Positions 9,539 through 18,991 of a stretch of DNA of 64,000 bases are shown in pieces. The notes under the pieces were generated by a model. That model was given only the letters and a program-made list of their open reading frames with translations. It did not search any database and was not told the DNA's origin. The DNA lies in the NCBI GenBank assembly GCA_965221775.1, contig CBDCSU010000006.1:1056001-1120000 (forward strand). Direction: 5' to 3'. The position numbers and the translations under genes are program-made. Each line of letters begins with the position of its first letter. Position 1 is the first letter of the stretch. Source of the stretch: Candidatus Latescibacterota bacterium (GTDB lineage: Bacteria > Latescibacterota > UBA2968 > UBA8231).

Positions 9539-10771
9539 ATGCCCTTCAAGCTGCTGGCCCACGGCCTGGGCGCCAGGCCCCGGCGCATGTGGCACGACCG
9601 CCCCCTGAAGGACCGCTACGACGTCGTCATCATCGGCGGCGGCGCCCACGGTCTGGCCTGCGCCTACTACCTGGCACGGGACCACGGCGTCACCGACGTG
9701 GCCGTCCTCGAGAAGAGCTACATCGGCTCCGGGGGCTCGGGCCGCAACACCGCCATCCTGCGCTCCAACTACCTCACCCCCGAGGGAGTGCGCTTCTACG
9801 ACGCCAGCCTCGATCTCTACGGGGACCTGTCCGAGGATCTCGACTTCAACGTCATGTTCAGCCGCCGCGGCCACCTCACCCTGGCCCACGACGACGGCTC
9901 GGTGCGGACCATGCGCCGCCGCGCCGAGGTCAACCGCCTGCAGGGCGTCGACTCGCGCCTCGTCTTCCCCGACGAGCTGGCCGGGATCTGCCCGCAACTC
10001 GACCTCTCGGACCGCCCCCGCTTCCCCATCCACGCGGCCCTCTACCATCCGCCGGGAGGCATCATCCGCCACGACGCCGTCGTCTGGGGGTACGCCCGCG
10101 GCGCCGACGAGCGCGGTGTCGACATCCATCAGTACACCGAGGTCACCGGCATCGACGTCGTCGGCGGCGGCGTCACCGGCGTGCAGACCACCCGGGGGCC
10201 GGTGGCGGCCGGGACCGTGCTCTCCGCCACCGCCGGCTGGGCCTCCGACCTGGCCGCCATGGCCGGCCTGCGCCTGCCCCTCGACACCTTCCCCCTGCAG
10301 GCCTGCGTCACCGAGCCCCTCAAGCCCTTCCTCGACGTGGTCGTCGTCTCCGGCTCGCTGCACGTCTACATCAGCCAGTCCGGCCGCGGCGAGCTGGTCA
10401 TGGGCGCCAGCGTCGATCCCTTCACCTCCTACTCGGTGGCCGGCTCCCTCGACTTCCTCGAGGGCCTCTCGGGGCACGTGCTGGAGCTGTTCCCCTTCCT
10501 GTCGCAGGTCCGCATCCTGCGCCAGTGGGCGGGCCTGTGCGAGATGCCCCCCGACTACAGCCCCCTCATGGGGGTCACGCCGGTGAAGGGCTTCTACCTC
10601 GACGCCGGCTGGGGCACCTACGGCTTCAAGGCCTCGCCCATCTGCGGCAAGACCCTGGCCGAGCTGATCGCCACGGGGCGGTCTCCGGACCTCATCCACC
10701 CCTTCCGCCTCTCCCGCTTCGCCGAGTTCGACCCGGTGGGCGAGAAGGGCGCCGCCGCCGTGGGCCACTGA
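9539..10771 (+). CDS. mgdA: Sarcosine oxidase beta-like subunit / NMG dehydrogenase A
   Basis: GGGAHG FAD motif, GRNTAILRSNY, GWGTYGFKA, EKGAAAVGH terminus. Confidence 0.85.
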   Translation: MPFKLLAHGLGARPRRMWHDRPLKDRYDVVIIGGGAHGLACAYYLARDHGVTDVAVLEKSYIGSGGSGRNTAILRSNYLTPEGVRFYDASLDLYGDLSEDLDFNVMFSRRGHLTLAHDDGSVRTMRRRAEVNRLQGVDSRLVFPDELAGICPQLDLSDRPRFPIHAALYHPPGGIIRHDAVVWGYARGADERGVDIHQYTEVTGIDVVGGGVTGVQTTRGPVAAGTVLSATAGWASDLAAMAGLRLPLDTFPLQACVTEPLKPFLDVVVVSGSLHVYISQSGRGELVMGASVDPFTSYSVAGSLDFLEGLSGHVLELFPFLSQVRILRQWAGLCEMPPDYSPLMGVTPVKGFYLDAGWGTYGFKASPICGKTLAELIATGRSPDLIHPFRLSRFAEFDPVGEKGAAAVGH

Positions 10772-11055
10772 TGCTGCTGCTGGCCTGCCCCCACTGCGGC
10801 GAACGCAACGTCTCCGAGTTCCACTACGGCGGCGAGTACAGCCCGCGGCCCTCGCCCTCGACGGCGGCGGACGACGAGGAGTGGCACGACTACCTCTACC
10901 TGCGCGACAACCCCATGGGGACCCGCCGCGAGTGGTGGCTCCACCGGGCCGGCTGCGGCCTGTGGTTCCTGGTCGAGCGCGACCGGCGCACGAACGCCGT
11001 CTCCCGGACCTTCCGGTGGTCCCCGGACAGCGCGCCGGCCGAAGGCGCCGGATGA
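10771..11055 (+). CDS. mgdB: Sarcosine oxidase delta-like subunit / NMG dehydrogenase B
   Basis: MLLLACPHCGER...EF, YLYLRDNP, HRAGC Zn motif; TGATG overlap with the upstream gene. Confidence 0.87.
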   Translation: MLLLACPHCGERNVSEFHYGGEYSPRPSPSTAADDEEWHDYLYLRDNPMGTRREWWLHRAGCGLWFLVERDRRTNAVSRTFRWSPDSAPAEGAG

Positions 11056-11137
11056 GCCGCTCCGGCGGCCCCGGCGGCACCCGGGTGTGTTGGGCGGACC
11101 TCCTCCAGCTGCGACGCGGCGTCCGGAAGGGCCGGCC

Positions 11138-14100
11138 GTGAGCGGACCCTCGCACCGCATCGACCCGCGGCCGGGGGAGGTCCTGGACCGCGGCCGCAGC
11201 CTGCGCTTCCGCTTCGGCGGCCGCCAGTACAGCGGCTGCGCCGGCGACACGATCGCCTCGGCCCTGGCCGCCGCCGGGGTCTCCCTCTTCAGCCGCTCCT
11301 TCAAGTACCACCGGCCCCGCGGCCTGCTGTGCTGCGCCGGCCACTGCCCCAACTGCCTCGTGCAGGTCGACTCCGAGCCGAACGTGCGCGCCTGCACCCG
11401 GCCCCTTGAGCAGGACATGGCGGTCTGGCCGCAGAACGTCTGGCCCTCCCTCAAGCTCGATCTCATGGCCCTGACGGAGCGGCTCTCGCGCTTCCTGCCC
11501 GCCGGGTTCTACTACAAGACCTTCATCCGGCCGAAACGGCTGTGGCCCCTGTACGACCGGGTGCTGCGCACCGCCGCCGGCCTCGGCACCGTGGACGAGC
11601 GCACGCCGGAGGGGGAGCACGACAAGCAGTACCTGCACGCCGACGTGGTCGTCGCCGGGGGCGGGCCCACCGGACTGAGCGCCGCCCTCGCCGCCCGCGA
11701 GAGCGGCGCCCGGGTGCTGCTGCTCGACGAGAACCCCGCCGTCGGCGGCCACCTGCGCTACAGCGGCCGGACGCCGCGGGCCGAGCTCGACGCCGCCGGG
11801 GAGCGGCTGGACCAAGCCGGGGTGGAGGTGCTCACCGGCACCTCGGCCACCGGCTGGTACCAGGACCACTGGCTGTCGGCGGCGCGCGGCCAGCGGCTGT
11901 TCAAGATCCGCGCCCGCGCCGTGGTGGTCGCCACCGGCAGCCACGAGATCCCGCCGCTCTTCGACGGCAACGACCGCCCGGGGGTCATGCTCGGCACGGC
12001 GGCGAAACGGCTGCTGCGCCTCTACGGCGTGGCCCCGGGCCGGCGGGCGGTGGTGGTCACCGCCGGCGACGGCGGCTGGGAGGTAGCCGCCGACCTGCTG
12101 GCTGCCGGCGTCGAGGTCGCCGCCGTGGCCGACGAGCGGCCGGGAGCGGAGCCGGCCGCGGCGGCAGACCTGGCCGCTTCCGGGGCCGAGGTGCTCAGCG
12201 GCTACACGATCGGCGAGGCCCGGGGCCGCCGCCGCGTGCGCGAGGCCGTGCTCGTGCCGGTCTCCGGGACCGGCGACCGGCGCCGGGTGCGCTGCGACCT
12301 CGTCGCCGTCAGCACCGGGCGGCAGCCCTCGGCCGAGCTCGCCTGGATGGCCGGCGCCGGCAGCCGCTACGACGAGGATCACGCCGAGATGCGGGTGGTG
12401 GACCTGCCGGAGGGGCTGTTCCTCGCGGGACGGGTCGCCGGCCTGCAGGGGCCGGTGGAGGCCGAGGAGGAGCACGGCCGCCGGGCGGGCGCCGCCGCGG
12501 CTGACCATGCGCTGGGCGCTGGGACGGCGGAGGCCGGGCAGGCCGGGCAGGCCCTGGGCACGGGGATACCCGAGGCCACGGAGTCCGGCCAGGCCCTGGG
12601 CGCGGGGACAGCGGAGGCCGCGGGGGCCGCCCACGCCCCGGGGGACGACCCCGCGGTAACCGGAGACTCCCCGGGTGAGCCGCACGCTGCCGCGGCGGCG
12701 CACGCCCTCGGCGCGGGGACACCGGAGGCCGGGCAGGCCCCGGAGGCCGTCGCCGCCCGCCCCCTGGCCGCGGACCCCGCCGATGCCGCTGCGGACCCGC
12801 CGGGAGCTGAGCCCTCCCGCTCCTCGGCGCTGGTCACTGCTCCCGCCTGCGCCGGCGGCAAGCGCTTCGTCTGCCTGTGCGAGGACGTGACCGACACCGA
12901 CGTGGAGACCTCCCTGGCCGAGGGCTACGACCACCTCGAGCTGCTCAAGCGCTACACCACCATCGGCATGGGTCCCTGCCAGGGGCGAATGTGCAACCTC
13001 CACGGCATCCGCCTGTGCGCCGCCGGCACCGGCCGCTCGGTGCAGGAGACCGGGCGGACCACGGCGCGCCCCCCCGTGACGCCCGTCTCCCTGGGAACCC
13101 TCGCCGGCCAGAAGATGGAGCCGGTGCAGGTCTCGGCGATGCACGACTGGCACCTGGCCCGCGGCGCCCGCCTGATGACCGCCGGCACCTGGCTGCGGCC
13201 GGAGCGCTACGGGGACCCGGCCGAGGAGGTGGCGGCGGTGCGCAACGCCGTCGGCCTCATCGACGTGAGCCCCCTCGGCAAGCTGCGCCTCACCGGCCCG
13301 GGGGTGCCCGACCTGCTGGAGCGCCTCTACGTCAACTCCTGGCGGGACCTGCGCCGGGGCCGGGTGCGCTACGGCATGATGTGCAACGACGAGGGCGTCA
13401 TCCTCGACGACGGCGTCTGCGCCCGGCTGGCCGACGACGACTGGTACGTGAGCACCACCTCCACCGGCGCCGCCGGCGCCCTGGAGTGGGTGGAGTGGTG
13501 GCGCCAGTCGGGCTGGGGCGACGGCGTCCACGTCACCGACCTCACCGAGGCCCGGGCCGCCGTCAACCTGGCGGGTCCCGCCTCGCGCGAGGTCCTGCAG
13601 AAGCTCACCTCCCGCGACCTGTCGAAGGCGAAGTTCCCCTACATGCGCGCCCGGCGGACCCGCATCGCCGGCCTCTCCTGCCTGGTGCTGCGCATCGGCT
13701 TCACCGGCGAGCTGTCGTACGAGATCCACGGCCCGGCGGGCGGCGGACAGTATCTGTGGGAGGCGCTCATGGAGGCCGGGGCCGAGCACGGCATCCGCCC
13801 CTTCGGGGTGGAGGCGCAGCGCATCCTGCGCCTGGAGAAGGGCCACCTGATCGTCGGCCAGGACACGGACGCGCTGTCCGACGCCATCTCCGCCGACTCC
13901 GGATGGGCCGTCAAGCTGGAGAAGGAGGACTTCCTCGGGAAGCGGGCCCTGACCCGGGTGGCGGAGACCGGCCCGAAGCAGCGCCTCGTCGGGTTCCGCA
14001 TGACCCGCGACGACGCCGCCGTGGAGGAGGGCCTGCAGATCGTCACCCGCCGGTCCCGCCGCGGCTTCGACATCATCGGCTGGATCACCTCCTGCCGGCG

Positions 14101-14263
14101 CTCGCCCACCCTCGGCGGCACCATCGGCCTGTGCTGGCTGCCGGCCGATATCGCCGCGGAGGAGGGGGCCTCCTTCTCCGTGTACGCCGGGGGCCGCCTC
14201 GAGGAGGGGCGCGTCCACCACGGGGCGTTCTACGATCCCGGCGGCGAGAGACTGCGCGGCTGA
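11138..14263 (+). CDS. mgdC: Sarcosine oxidase alpha-like subunit / NMG dehydrogenase C
   Basis: GDTIASAL, RSFKYHRPRG, GFYYKTF, CLCEDV, GPCQGRMC and a C-terminal GcvT-like folate domain. Confidence 0.87.
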   Translation: MSGPSHRIDPRPGEVLDRGRSLRFRFGGRQYSGCAGDTIASALAAAGVSLFSRSFKYHRPRGLLCCAGHCPNCLVQVDSEPNVRACTRPLEQDMAVWPQNVWPSLKLDLMALTERLSRFLPAGFYYKTFIRPKRLWPLYDRVLRTAAGLGTVDERTPEGEHDKQYLHADVVVAGGGPTGLSAALAARESGARVLLLDENPAVGGHLRYSGRTPRAELDAAGERLDQAGVEVLTGTSATGWYQDHWLSAARGQRLFKIRARAVVVATGSHEIPPLFDGNDRPGVMLGTAAKRLLRLYGVAPGRRAVVVTAGDGGWEVAADLLAAGVEVAAVADERPGAEPAAAADLAASGAEVLSGYTIGEARGRRRVREAVLVPVSGTGDRRRVRCDLVAVSTGRQPSAELAWMAGAGSRYDEDHAEMRVVDLPEGLFLAGRVAGLQGPVEAEEEHGRRAGAAAADHALGAGTAEAGQAGQALGTGIPEATESGQALGAGTAEAAGAAHAPGDDPAVTGDSPGEPHAAAAAHALGAGTPEAGQAPEAVAARPLAADPADAAADPPGAEPSRSSALVTAPACAGGKRFVCLCEDVTDTDVETSLAEGYDHLELLKRYTTIGMGPCQGRMCNLHGIRLCAAGTGRSVQETGRTTARPPVTPVSLGTLAGQKMEPVQVSAMHDWHLARGARLMTAGTWLRPERYGDPAEEVAAVRNAVGLIDVSPLGKLRLTGPGVPDLLERLYVNSWRDLRRGRVRYGMMCNDEGVILDDGVCARLADDDWYVSTTSTGAAGALEWVEWWRQSGWGDGVHVTDLTEARAAVNLAGPASREVLQKLTSRDLSKAKFPYMRARRTRIAGLSCLVLRIGFTGELSYEIHGPAGGGQYLWEALMEAGAEHGIRPFGVEAQRILRLEKGHLIVGQDTDALSDAISADSGWAVKLEKEDFLGKRALTRVAETGPKQRLVGFRMTRDDAAVEEGLQIVTRRSRRGFDIIGWITSCRRSPTLGGTIGLCWLPADIAAEEGASFSVYAGGRLEEGRVHHGAFYDPGGERLRG
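12506..12742 (+). repeat. Degenerate in-frame 42-bp (14-aa) repeat inside mgdC
   Basis: Units at 12506 (HALGAGTAEAGQAG), 12548 (QALGTGIPEATESG), 12590 (QALGAGTAEAAGAA), a partial unit at 12632 and 12701 (HALGAGTPEAGQAP). Confidence 0.8.
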
Positions 14264-14946
14264 TGGCCGGGCCCTGGTACGCGACCCCCCTCCACGGCCG
14301 CTGGGAGGCCCTCGGCGCGGAGCTGACCGAGGTGGCCGGGTGGCGCGTCCCCGAGCGCTTCGGCGACGGCGCCGCGGAGGCGCGGGCGGCGCTCGAAGGG
14401 GTGGCTCTCGGCGACGAGACGCCGCGGGCCAAGCTGCTCGTGCAGGGAGACGAAGCCGCCGGGGTGGTCGTCGCCGCCACCGGCCTGGCGGCGCCGCGGG
14501 GTGGAGAGGTGAGCGGCGGCCGGGTGACCGCCTGCGGGCTGCGGCCCGACCTCCTGCTGGTGGCCGCCGGCCCCGGCGAGGGAGAAGCGATCCTGGCCGC
14601 CCTGGAGAGATCCGCAGACGCGGCCCCCGGCCTGGTGACCGTCACCGACGTGACCCACGGCCGCTTCGAGTACCGCATCGTCGGCCCGCGGGCGCCCCGG
14701 CTGCTGAGCAAGGTCTGCGGCCTCGACTTCGACGACTCCGTCTTCCCCGACCGCCGCGCCCGCCAGACCAGCGTCGCCCGCGTCAAGGCCCTGGTGGTGC
14801 GCGCCGACGCCGGAGATCTGCCCGCCTACCGCGTCCTCGGCGGGCGCGCCCCGGGCGCCTACGTTTGGGACATCCTCATGGAGGCCGGCGCCGAGCTCGG
14901 CATCGCCCCCATCGGCGCCGCCGCCCTGCGGTCACTGCAAGCCTGA
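14263..14946 (+). CDS. mgdD: Sarcosine oxidase gamma-like subunit / NMG dehydrogenase D
   Basis: TGATG overlap with mgdC; VTDVTHG, LLSKVCGLDF, YVWDILMEAG. Confidence 0.82.
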   Translation: MAGPWYATPLHGRWEALGAELTEVAGWRVPERFGDGAAEARAALEGVALGDETPRAKLLVQGDEAAGVVVAATGLAAPRGGEVSGGRVTACGLRPDLLLVAAGPGEGEAILAALERSADAAPGLVTVTDVTHGRFEYRIVGPRAPRLLSKVCGLDFDDSVFPDRRARQTSVARVKALVVRADAGDLPAYRVLGGRAPGAYVWDILMEAGAELGIAPIGAAALRSLQA

Positions 14947-14978
14947 GCATACTTCAACGCATCCCCGAGGAGAGGGTC

Positions 14979-16313
14979 ATGGAACTGAGAGACGTGCAGA
15001 AATGGGTGAAGGACGACGGCATCGAGTACTTCCTGTGCTCCTTCGTCGAGATGGGCGGCATGCCCAAGGCCAAGCTGGTGCCGGCCACCAACCTTCAGGA
15101 CATGGCCGCCGAGGGCGCCGGCTTCGCCGGCTTCGCCGCCGGCAACATGGGCCAGGGACCCCACAGCCCCGAGCTGGCCAACATGCCCGACTTCGGCCAG
15201 GGGATGATCGTGCCCTGGCGGCCCAACATGGCCTGGGTCCCCGGCAACCTCGAGGTCGAGGGCGAGCCCTTCGACTACTGCCCGCGCACCATCCTCAACC
15301 GCCAGCTCGAGCGCGCCCGCGGTCTCGGCTACCGCTTCAACGTCGGCGTCGAGGCCGAGTTCATCCTCCTCGAGCGCGACGAGGACGGCCACTTCACCAC
15401 CAGCGATCCCTTCGACACCCTCGACAAGCCGTGCTACGACCTGGTCACCCTCAACCGCAACTTCGACCTCATGACCACCCTCATCGGCCACCTGCAGGCC
15501 CTCGGCTGGGGTCCCTACGCCAACGACCACGAGGACGCCAACTGCCAGTTCGAGATCAACTGGGAGTACTCCGACGCCCTGACCACCGCCGACCGCCACA
15601 CCTTCTACCGCTGGATGGTCAAGACCATGGCCGAGGAGCGCGGCCTCCACGCCACCTTCATGCCCAAGCCTTTCGGCGACCTCACCGGCTCGGGCGCCCA
15701 CTTCCACATGAGCCTGTGGGACACCGACAACGAGACCAACCTGTTCCTCGACGACAGCGACCCCAGCGGCCTGACCCAGATGGCCTACCACTTCATGGGC
15801 GGCGTCCTGGCCCACGCCAAGGCCCTCGTGGCGGTCACCGGTCCGCTGGTCAACAGCTACAAGCGCCTCACCCGCGGCGCCCCCCGCTCCGGCGCCAGCT
15901 GGGCCCCGGTGTACGTCACCTACGGCGGCTCCAACCGCACCCAGATGATCCGCATCCCGGCCCCCGGCCGCATCGAGAACCGCTGCGTCGACGGCGCCGC
16001 CAACCCCTACCTGGCCAGCGCCGTGCTGCTGGCCGCCGGCCTCGACGGCATCGAGAACCAGACCGACCCCGGCCGCCGCAACAACGAGAACCTCTACGAG
16101 CTGACCGAGGCGGAGCTGGCCGAGCGCGGCATCGACTACCTGCCCGCCACCCTGCGCGACGCCTGCGACGCCCTGGAGCAGGACGAGGTGGTCCGCGAGG
16201 CCCTCGGCCAGGAGTACTCCGGCTACTACCTGGAGTGCAAGCGCGAGGAGTGGGGGTCCTACCACCAGGCGGTCAGCGACTGGGAGCGGGAGACCTACCT
16301 GTCGGTGTTCTGA
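14979..16313 (+). CDS. gmaS: GlnT-type glutamine synthetase-like gamma-glutamylmethylamide synthetase
   Basis: KAKLVP, GAGFAGFA, GVEAEF, NDHEDANCQFE, FMPKPF, NRTQMIR. Context with mgs and mgd; GAGGAG RBS. Confidence 0.85.
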   Translation: MELRDVQKWVKDDGIEYFLCSFVEMGGMPKAKLVPATNLQDMAAEGAGFAGFAAGNMGQGPHSPELANMPDFGQGMIVPWRPNMAWVPGNLEVEGEPFDYCPRTILNRQLERARGLGYRFNVGVEAEFILLERDEDGHFTTSDPFDTLDKPCYDLVTLNRNFDLMTTLIGHLQALGWGPYANDHEDANCQFEINWEYSDALTTADRHTFYRWMVKTMAEERGLHATFMPKPFGDLTGSGAHFHMSLWDTDNETNLFLDDSDPSGLTQMAYHFMGGVLAHAKALVAVTGPLVNSYKRLTRGAPRSGASWAPVYVTYGGSNRTQMIRIPAPGRIENRCVDGAANPYLASAVLLAAGLDGIENQTDPGRRNNENLYELTEAELAERGIDYLPATLRDACDALEQDEVVREALGQEYSGYYLECKREEWGSYHQAVSDWERETYLSVF

Positions 16314-16317
16314 GGTG

Positions 16318-17397
16318 TCAGGATGACCCGTCCCGGACGAACTCCGCCTGGGGCTGGTCGTCGTACGCGGCCGTCAGGGAACCGGGGCCGGGCCCGTCCT
16401 CGACCGACAGGAGATCGTTGAGCAGCAGATCCCGCTCCTGGGAGGTCACCACGGAGAAGCCGTAGTTCCGGTTGACGTGCTTGAAGGCGCCTCCCTCGGC
16501 GAGCCTCCTCTCGGCGAACTCCACGTGGCGCTGCAGCCGCTGCCGGAGATGGCGGTTCGCGAACTCCGGCAGCGACAGCAGGAGACGCCGGGCCACCGGA
16601 AGCAGCGCCGGGTCCAGCTCCACCGAGACGGCGTTGCGCCCCGCGGCGAGGGCCGCCGCCGCGGTGATGCCGGTGCCCGCGAAGGGATCCAGGACCGTGT
16701 CTCCCTTCACCGAGTGCATGCAGACCAGCCGGTAGGCCAGTTCGAAGGGGAAGGCCGCGCTCCTGCGGCGGGACGCCTCGTCGACCAGCTCCTGCCCGGC
16801 CCCCGGGATGTCGAGCCAGACGTCCGAGAACCAGACGTTCCGCTCCTCCCAGAAGAAGGCGCTCTCCCGCCGCCGGCTCTTCGCCGCGGCCGTGCCGAAC
16901 TCCCGGCGCGGCCCCTTGCGGGCGATCAGGATATACTCGTGCTCGTAGGTCACGTAGGCCCCGGCGGGCAGCATCCCCGAGCCGAGGAACTTGCTCGGCG
17001 AGTTGTTCGGCTTGCGCCAGAGGATGTCGGGCAACAGGACGAAGCCGGCGCGCAGCAGGCCGGTCAGCACCCGTGAGTGGTTGGACCACAGGCGGAAGTC
17101 CCCGTTCAGGGTGCGGGTGGCGTCGCCGATGTTGATGCAGGCGATCCCCCCCGGCCGCAGGACGCGGTGGACCTCGGCCCAGGCGGCGTCGAGTAACTGG
17201 TGCATCAACTCGAAGGCCCGGGGGCCGTCACCGGCGGCCAGGGCCTCCCCGGCGCCGGGCCTCTGGCGGCCAAAGGCCTCGTCCCACATCTCGATCATGG
17301 GATACGGCGGCGAGGTGATCACCAGGTCCACCGATCCCTCGTCGAGGAAGCCGAGGTCGGCGGCGTCGCCGGAACCTATTGTCGCGCTTGCACGCAC
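16318..17397 (-). CDS. Site-specific DNA methyltransferase, beta class (N4-C/N6-A); no cognate endonuclease seen
   Basis: TSPPY (motif IV) precedes DPFAGTG (motif I); GGAGG RBS before GTG. Confidence 0.88.
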   Translation of the reverse strand: MRASATIGSGDAADLGFLDEGSVDLVITSPPYPMIEMWDEAFGRQRPGAGEALAAGDGPRAFELMHQLLDAAWAEVHRVLRPGGIACINIGDATRTLNGDFRLWSNHSRVLTGLLRAGFVLLPDILWRKPNNSPSKFLGSGMLPAGAYVTYEHEYILIARKGPRREFGTAAAKSRRRESAFFWEERNVWFSDVWLDIPGAGQELVDEASRRRSAAFPFELAYRLVCMHSVKGDTVLDPFAGTGITAAAALAAGRNAVSVELDPALLPVARRLLLSLPEFANRHLRQRLQRHVEFAERRLAEGGAFKHVNRNYGFSVVTSQERDLLLNDLLSVEDGPGPGSLTAAYDDQPQAEFVRDGSS

Positions 17398-17407
17398 TCG
17401 GCCTCCC

Positions 17408-17780
17408 TCATGGAGGGTTCGAAGGAACCTCCACCACCAGGCCGACGGCCAGCGCGACTTCGTCCATCAGGTCACCTGGCAAGCGCCCGATTCGCTTCTC
17501 GAACCGGCTCAGATCAAGACCTCTCAACTGCAGGGCATCGACGGCGCTCTTCTTCGCCAGGCCGTTCGACGGGTCCGGCTCCACGGGTACCAGCCAGTGG
17601 TTACGCTCGAAATCGTGGCTTCCAGGCCGTGATTGGCGCCACGAGCTTGATGGGCAGTTTCCCCAGGGCGTCGGAACTGAGGACGAGTGCCGGACGTTCC
17701 TTCCGCATCTCCGCCCCCCGGGTCGGGTTCAGCTGAACTCGCCATATCTCGCCGCGCCTGGGAGCCTGCTCAGTATTCAA
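17408..17780 (-). pseudogene. PemK/MazF-family endoribonuclease toxin split by a 1-nt frameshift (not in the ORF track)
   Basis: Manual translation gives (L)NTEQAPRRGEIWRVQLNPTRGAEMRKERPALVLS...VAPITAWKPRF. After the shift at 17610-17612 it continues ERNHWLVPVEPDPSNGLAKKSAVDALQLRGLDLSRFEKRIGRL...PP*. Confidence 0.88.
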
Positions 17781-18945
17781 CGAACCGCTCCCCTGCGAGG
17801 GCCTGCCAATCGGGATCAGGCTGGTAGTCCTCCGCGATGCGATCGGCCTGCTCCTTGAGATGCCGCCGTCTCTCCTCGGCGGACATGGCGATCAGGACCC
17901 TGCGTTCAACGAGAGAAGGCGCAGGTTTCTTCGACACCGCCTCCCCAAGCATCTCCTCTCCCTCTCTCGTACTCAGCACCCCCTCCGACACCGCCCGAAG
18001 GACGTTCTGCCGAAGCCACATCGGCTGCTCCGGCTCGAGTGCCATCGGCTCCCCGCGTCGCCATCCCATCTTGTTGATGTCTACGCAGCCGGACTTGTAC
18101 TGGCCTTCGCTGATGATGCCCAGATCCCTCAGTCTGTACAGAAGGGCCTGGACGCTCATCCCGTAGCGTCTCTTCAGCAACAGCAGCTCCTGCAGGTCCA
18201 CGTGCCTTCGATGTGACCCCACGTCCCGCCGTACCGCTTCGGCCGGGGCCAGCATGGCGGCACCGAAGCGAAAGGCTGTCTTCTCCTCTTCGACTCCCTC
18301 GGCCAGCCGCAACACCAGATGGCCGAGCTCATGGGTCAGGCTCAAGCGCTGCCGTTCGCCTGGCAGCCCCTTCCGGATCACCACGGCTGCACCGAGCACA
18401 CGCGCCCTGCGACCGCGGGCCACGGCGGAGATCCCATCGAAGGCGTCCGACGCCTCCACCTCGATCACGTGGATGTGATGCTCTTCGAAGGTGTCGATCA
18501 CATTGGCGATGGGATCCTCGCCAAGGCCCCATGCGGATCGCACCTTCGCCGCGGCATCCTCGGCGTCCACGACACGCTCCACGGGGATCCGTGGCACAGA
18601 GCGCGCCGGGGCCGGCGTCAGGCCCAGCACGTCCTCCAGCCTCACCCGGTCTTCCAGATGGACGGTGGTGAGGTTTTCGATCCGCTCCATCTCTCTCCGG
18701 CCCATCCGCGCCTTTCGGCGGTAGGCCCGGATGTCGACCTGGATGGGATCGGCCTCGATCAGGCGCGCGGTGGTTACCTCCAGCGCCTTCGCCATGCTGC
18801 GGAGCACGCCCTGGCTCGGACGGCTCAGGTCGCGCTCGTACTTGGACAGAGCCTGCTTCGTGACGACCCCCCCCATCTCAGCCACGCACTGGTCCATCGA
18901 CAGCCCTCGGGCCAACCGCAGTTGACGGAGCCGACTTCCAAGCAT
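17770..18945 (-). CDS. XRE HTH + ImmA/IrrE (HExxH) metallopeptidase with a C-terminal antitoxin-like tail
   Basis: LRQLRLARGLS...KQALSKYE HTH; QRLSLTHELGH; stop overlaps the toxin start. Confidence 0.88.
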   Translation of the reverse strand: MLGSRLRQLRLARGLSMDQCVAEMGGVVTKQALSKYERDLSRPSQGVLRSMAKALEVTTARLIEADPIQVDIRAYRRKARMGRREMERIENLTTVHLEDRVRLEDVLGLTPAPARSVPRIPVERVVDAEDAAAKVRSAWGLGEDPIANVIDTFEEHHIHVIEVEASDAFDGISAVARGRRARVLGAAVVIRKGLPGERQRLSLTHELGHLVLRLAEGVEEEKTAFRFGAAMLAPAEAVRRDVGSHRRHVDLQELLLLKRRYGMSVQALLYRLRDLGIISEGQYKSGCVDINKMGWRRGEPMALEPEQPMWLRQNVLRAVSEGVLSTREGEEMLGEAVSKKPAPSLVERRVLIAMSAEERRRHLKEQADRIAEDYQPDPDWQALAGERFVEY

Positions 18946-18991
18946 CCGAACCTCTTTCTGACGATGGGTGTGTGAATCCTCGCGATGGGGG

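Noticed and set aside
12506-12742. Possible CRISPR-like periodic repeat
   Set aside because: Units are degenerate, in frame within a CDS and lack unique spacers. No CRISPR array or cas gene was seen anywhere in the window.
9518-14221. Very long antisense or alternate-frame ORFs (e.g. 1567 aa here; also 1486-3279, 23865-26774, 58387-61137)
   Set aside because: Shadow ORFs of high-GC coding regions: they mirror well-supported genes and have no motifs of their own.
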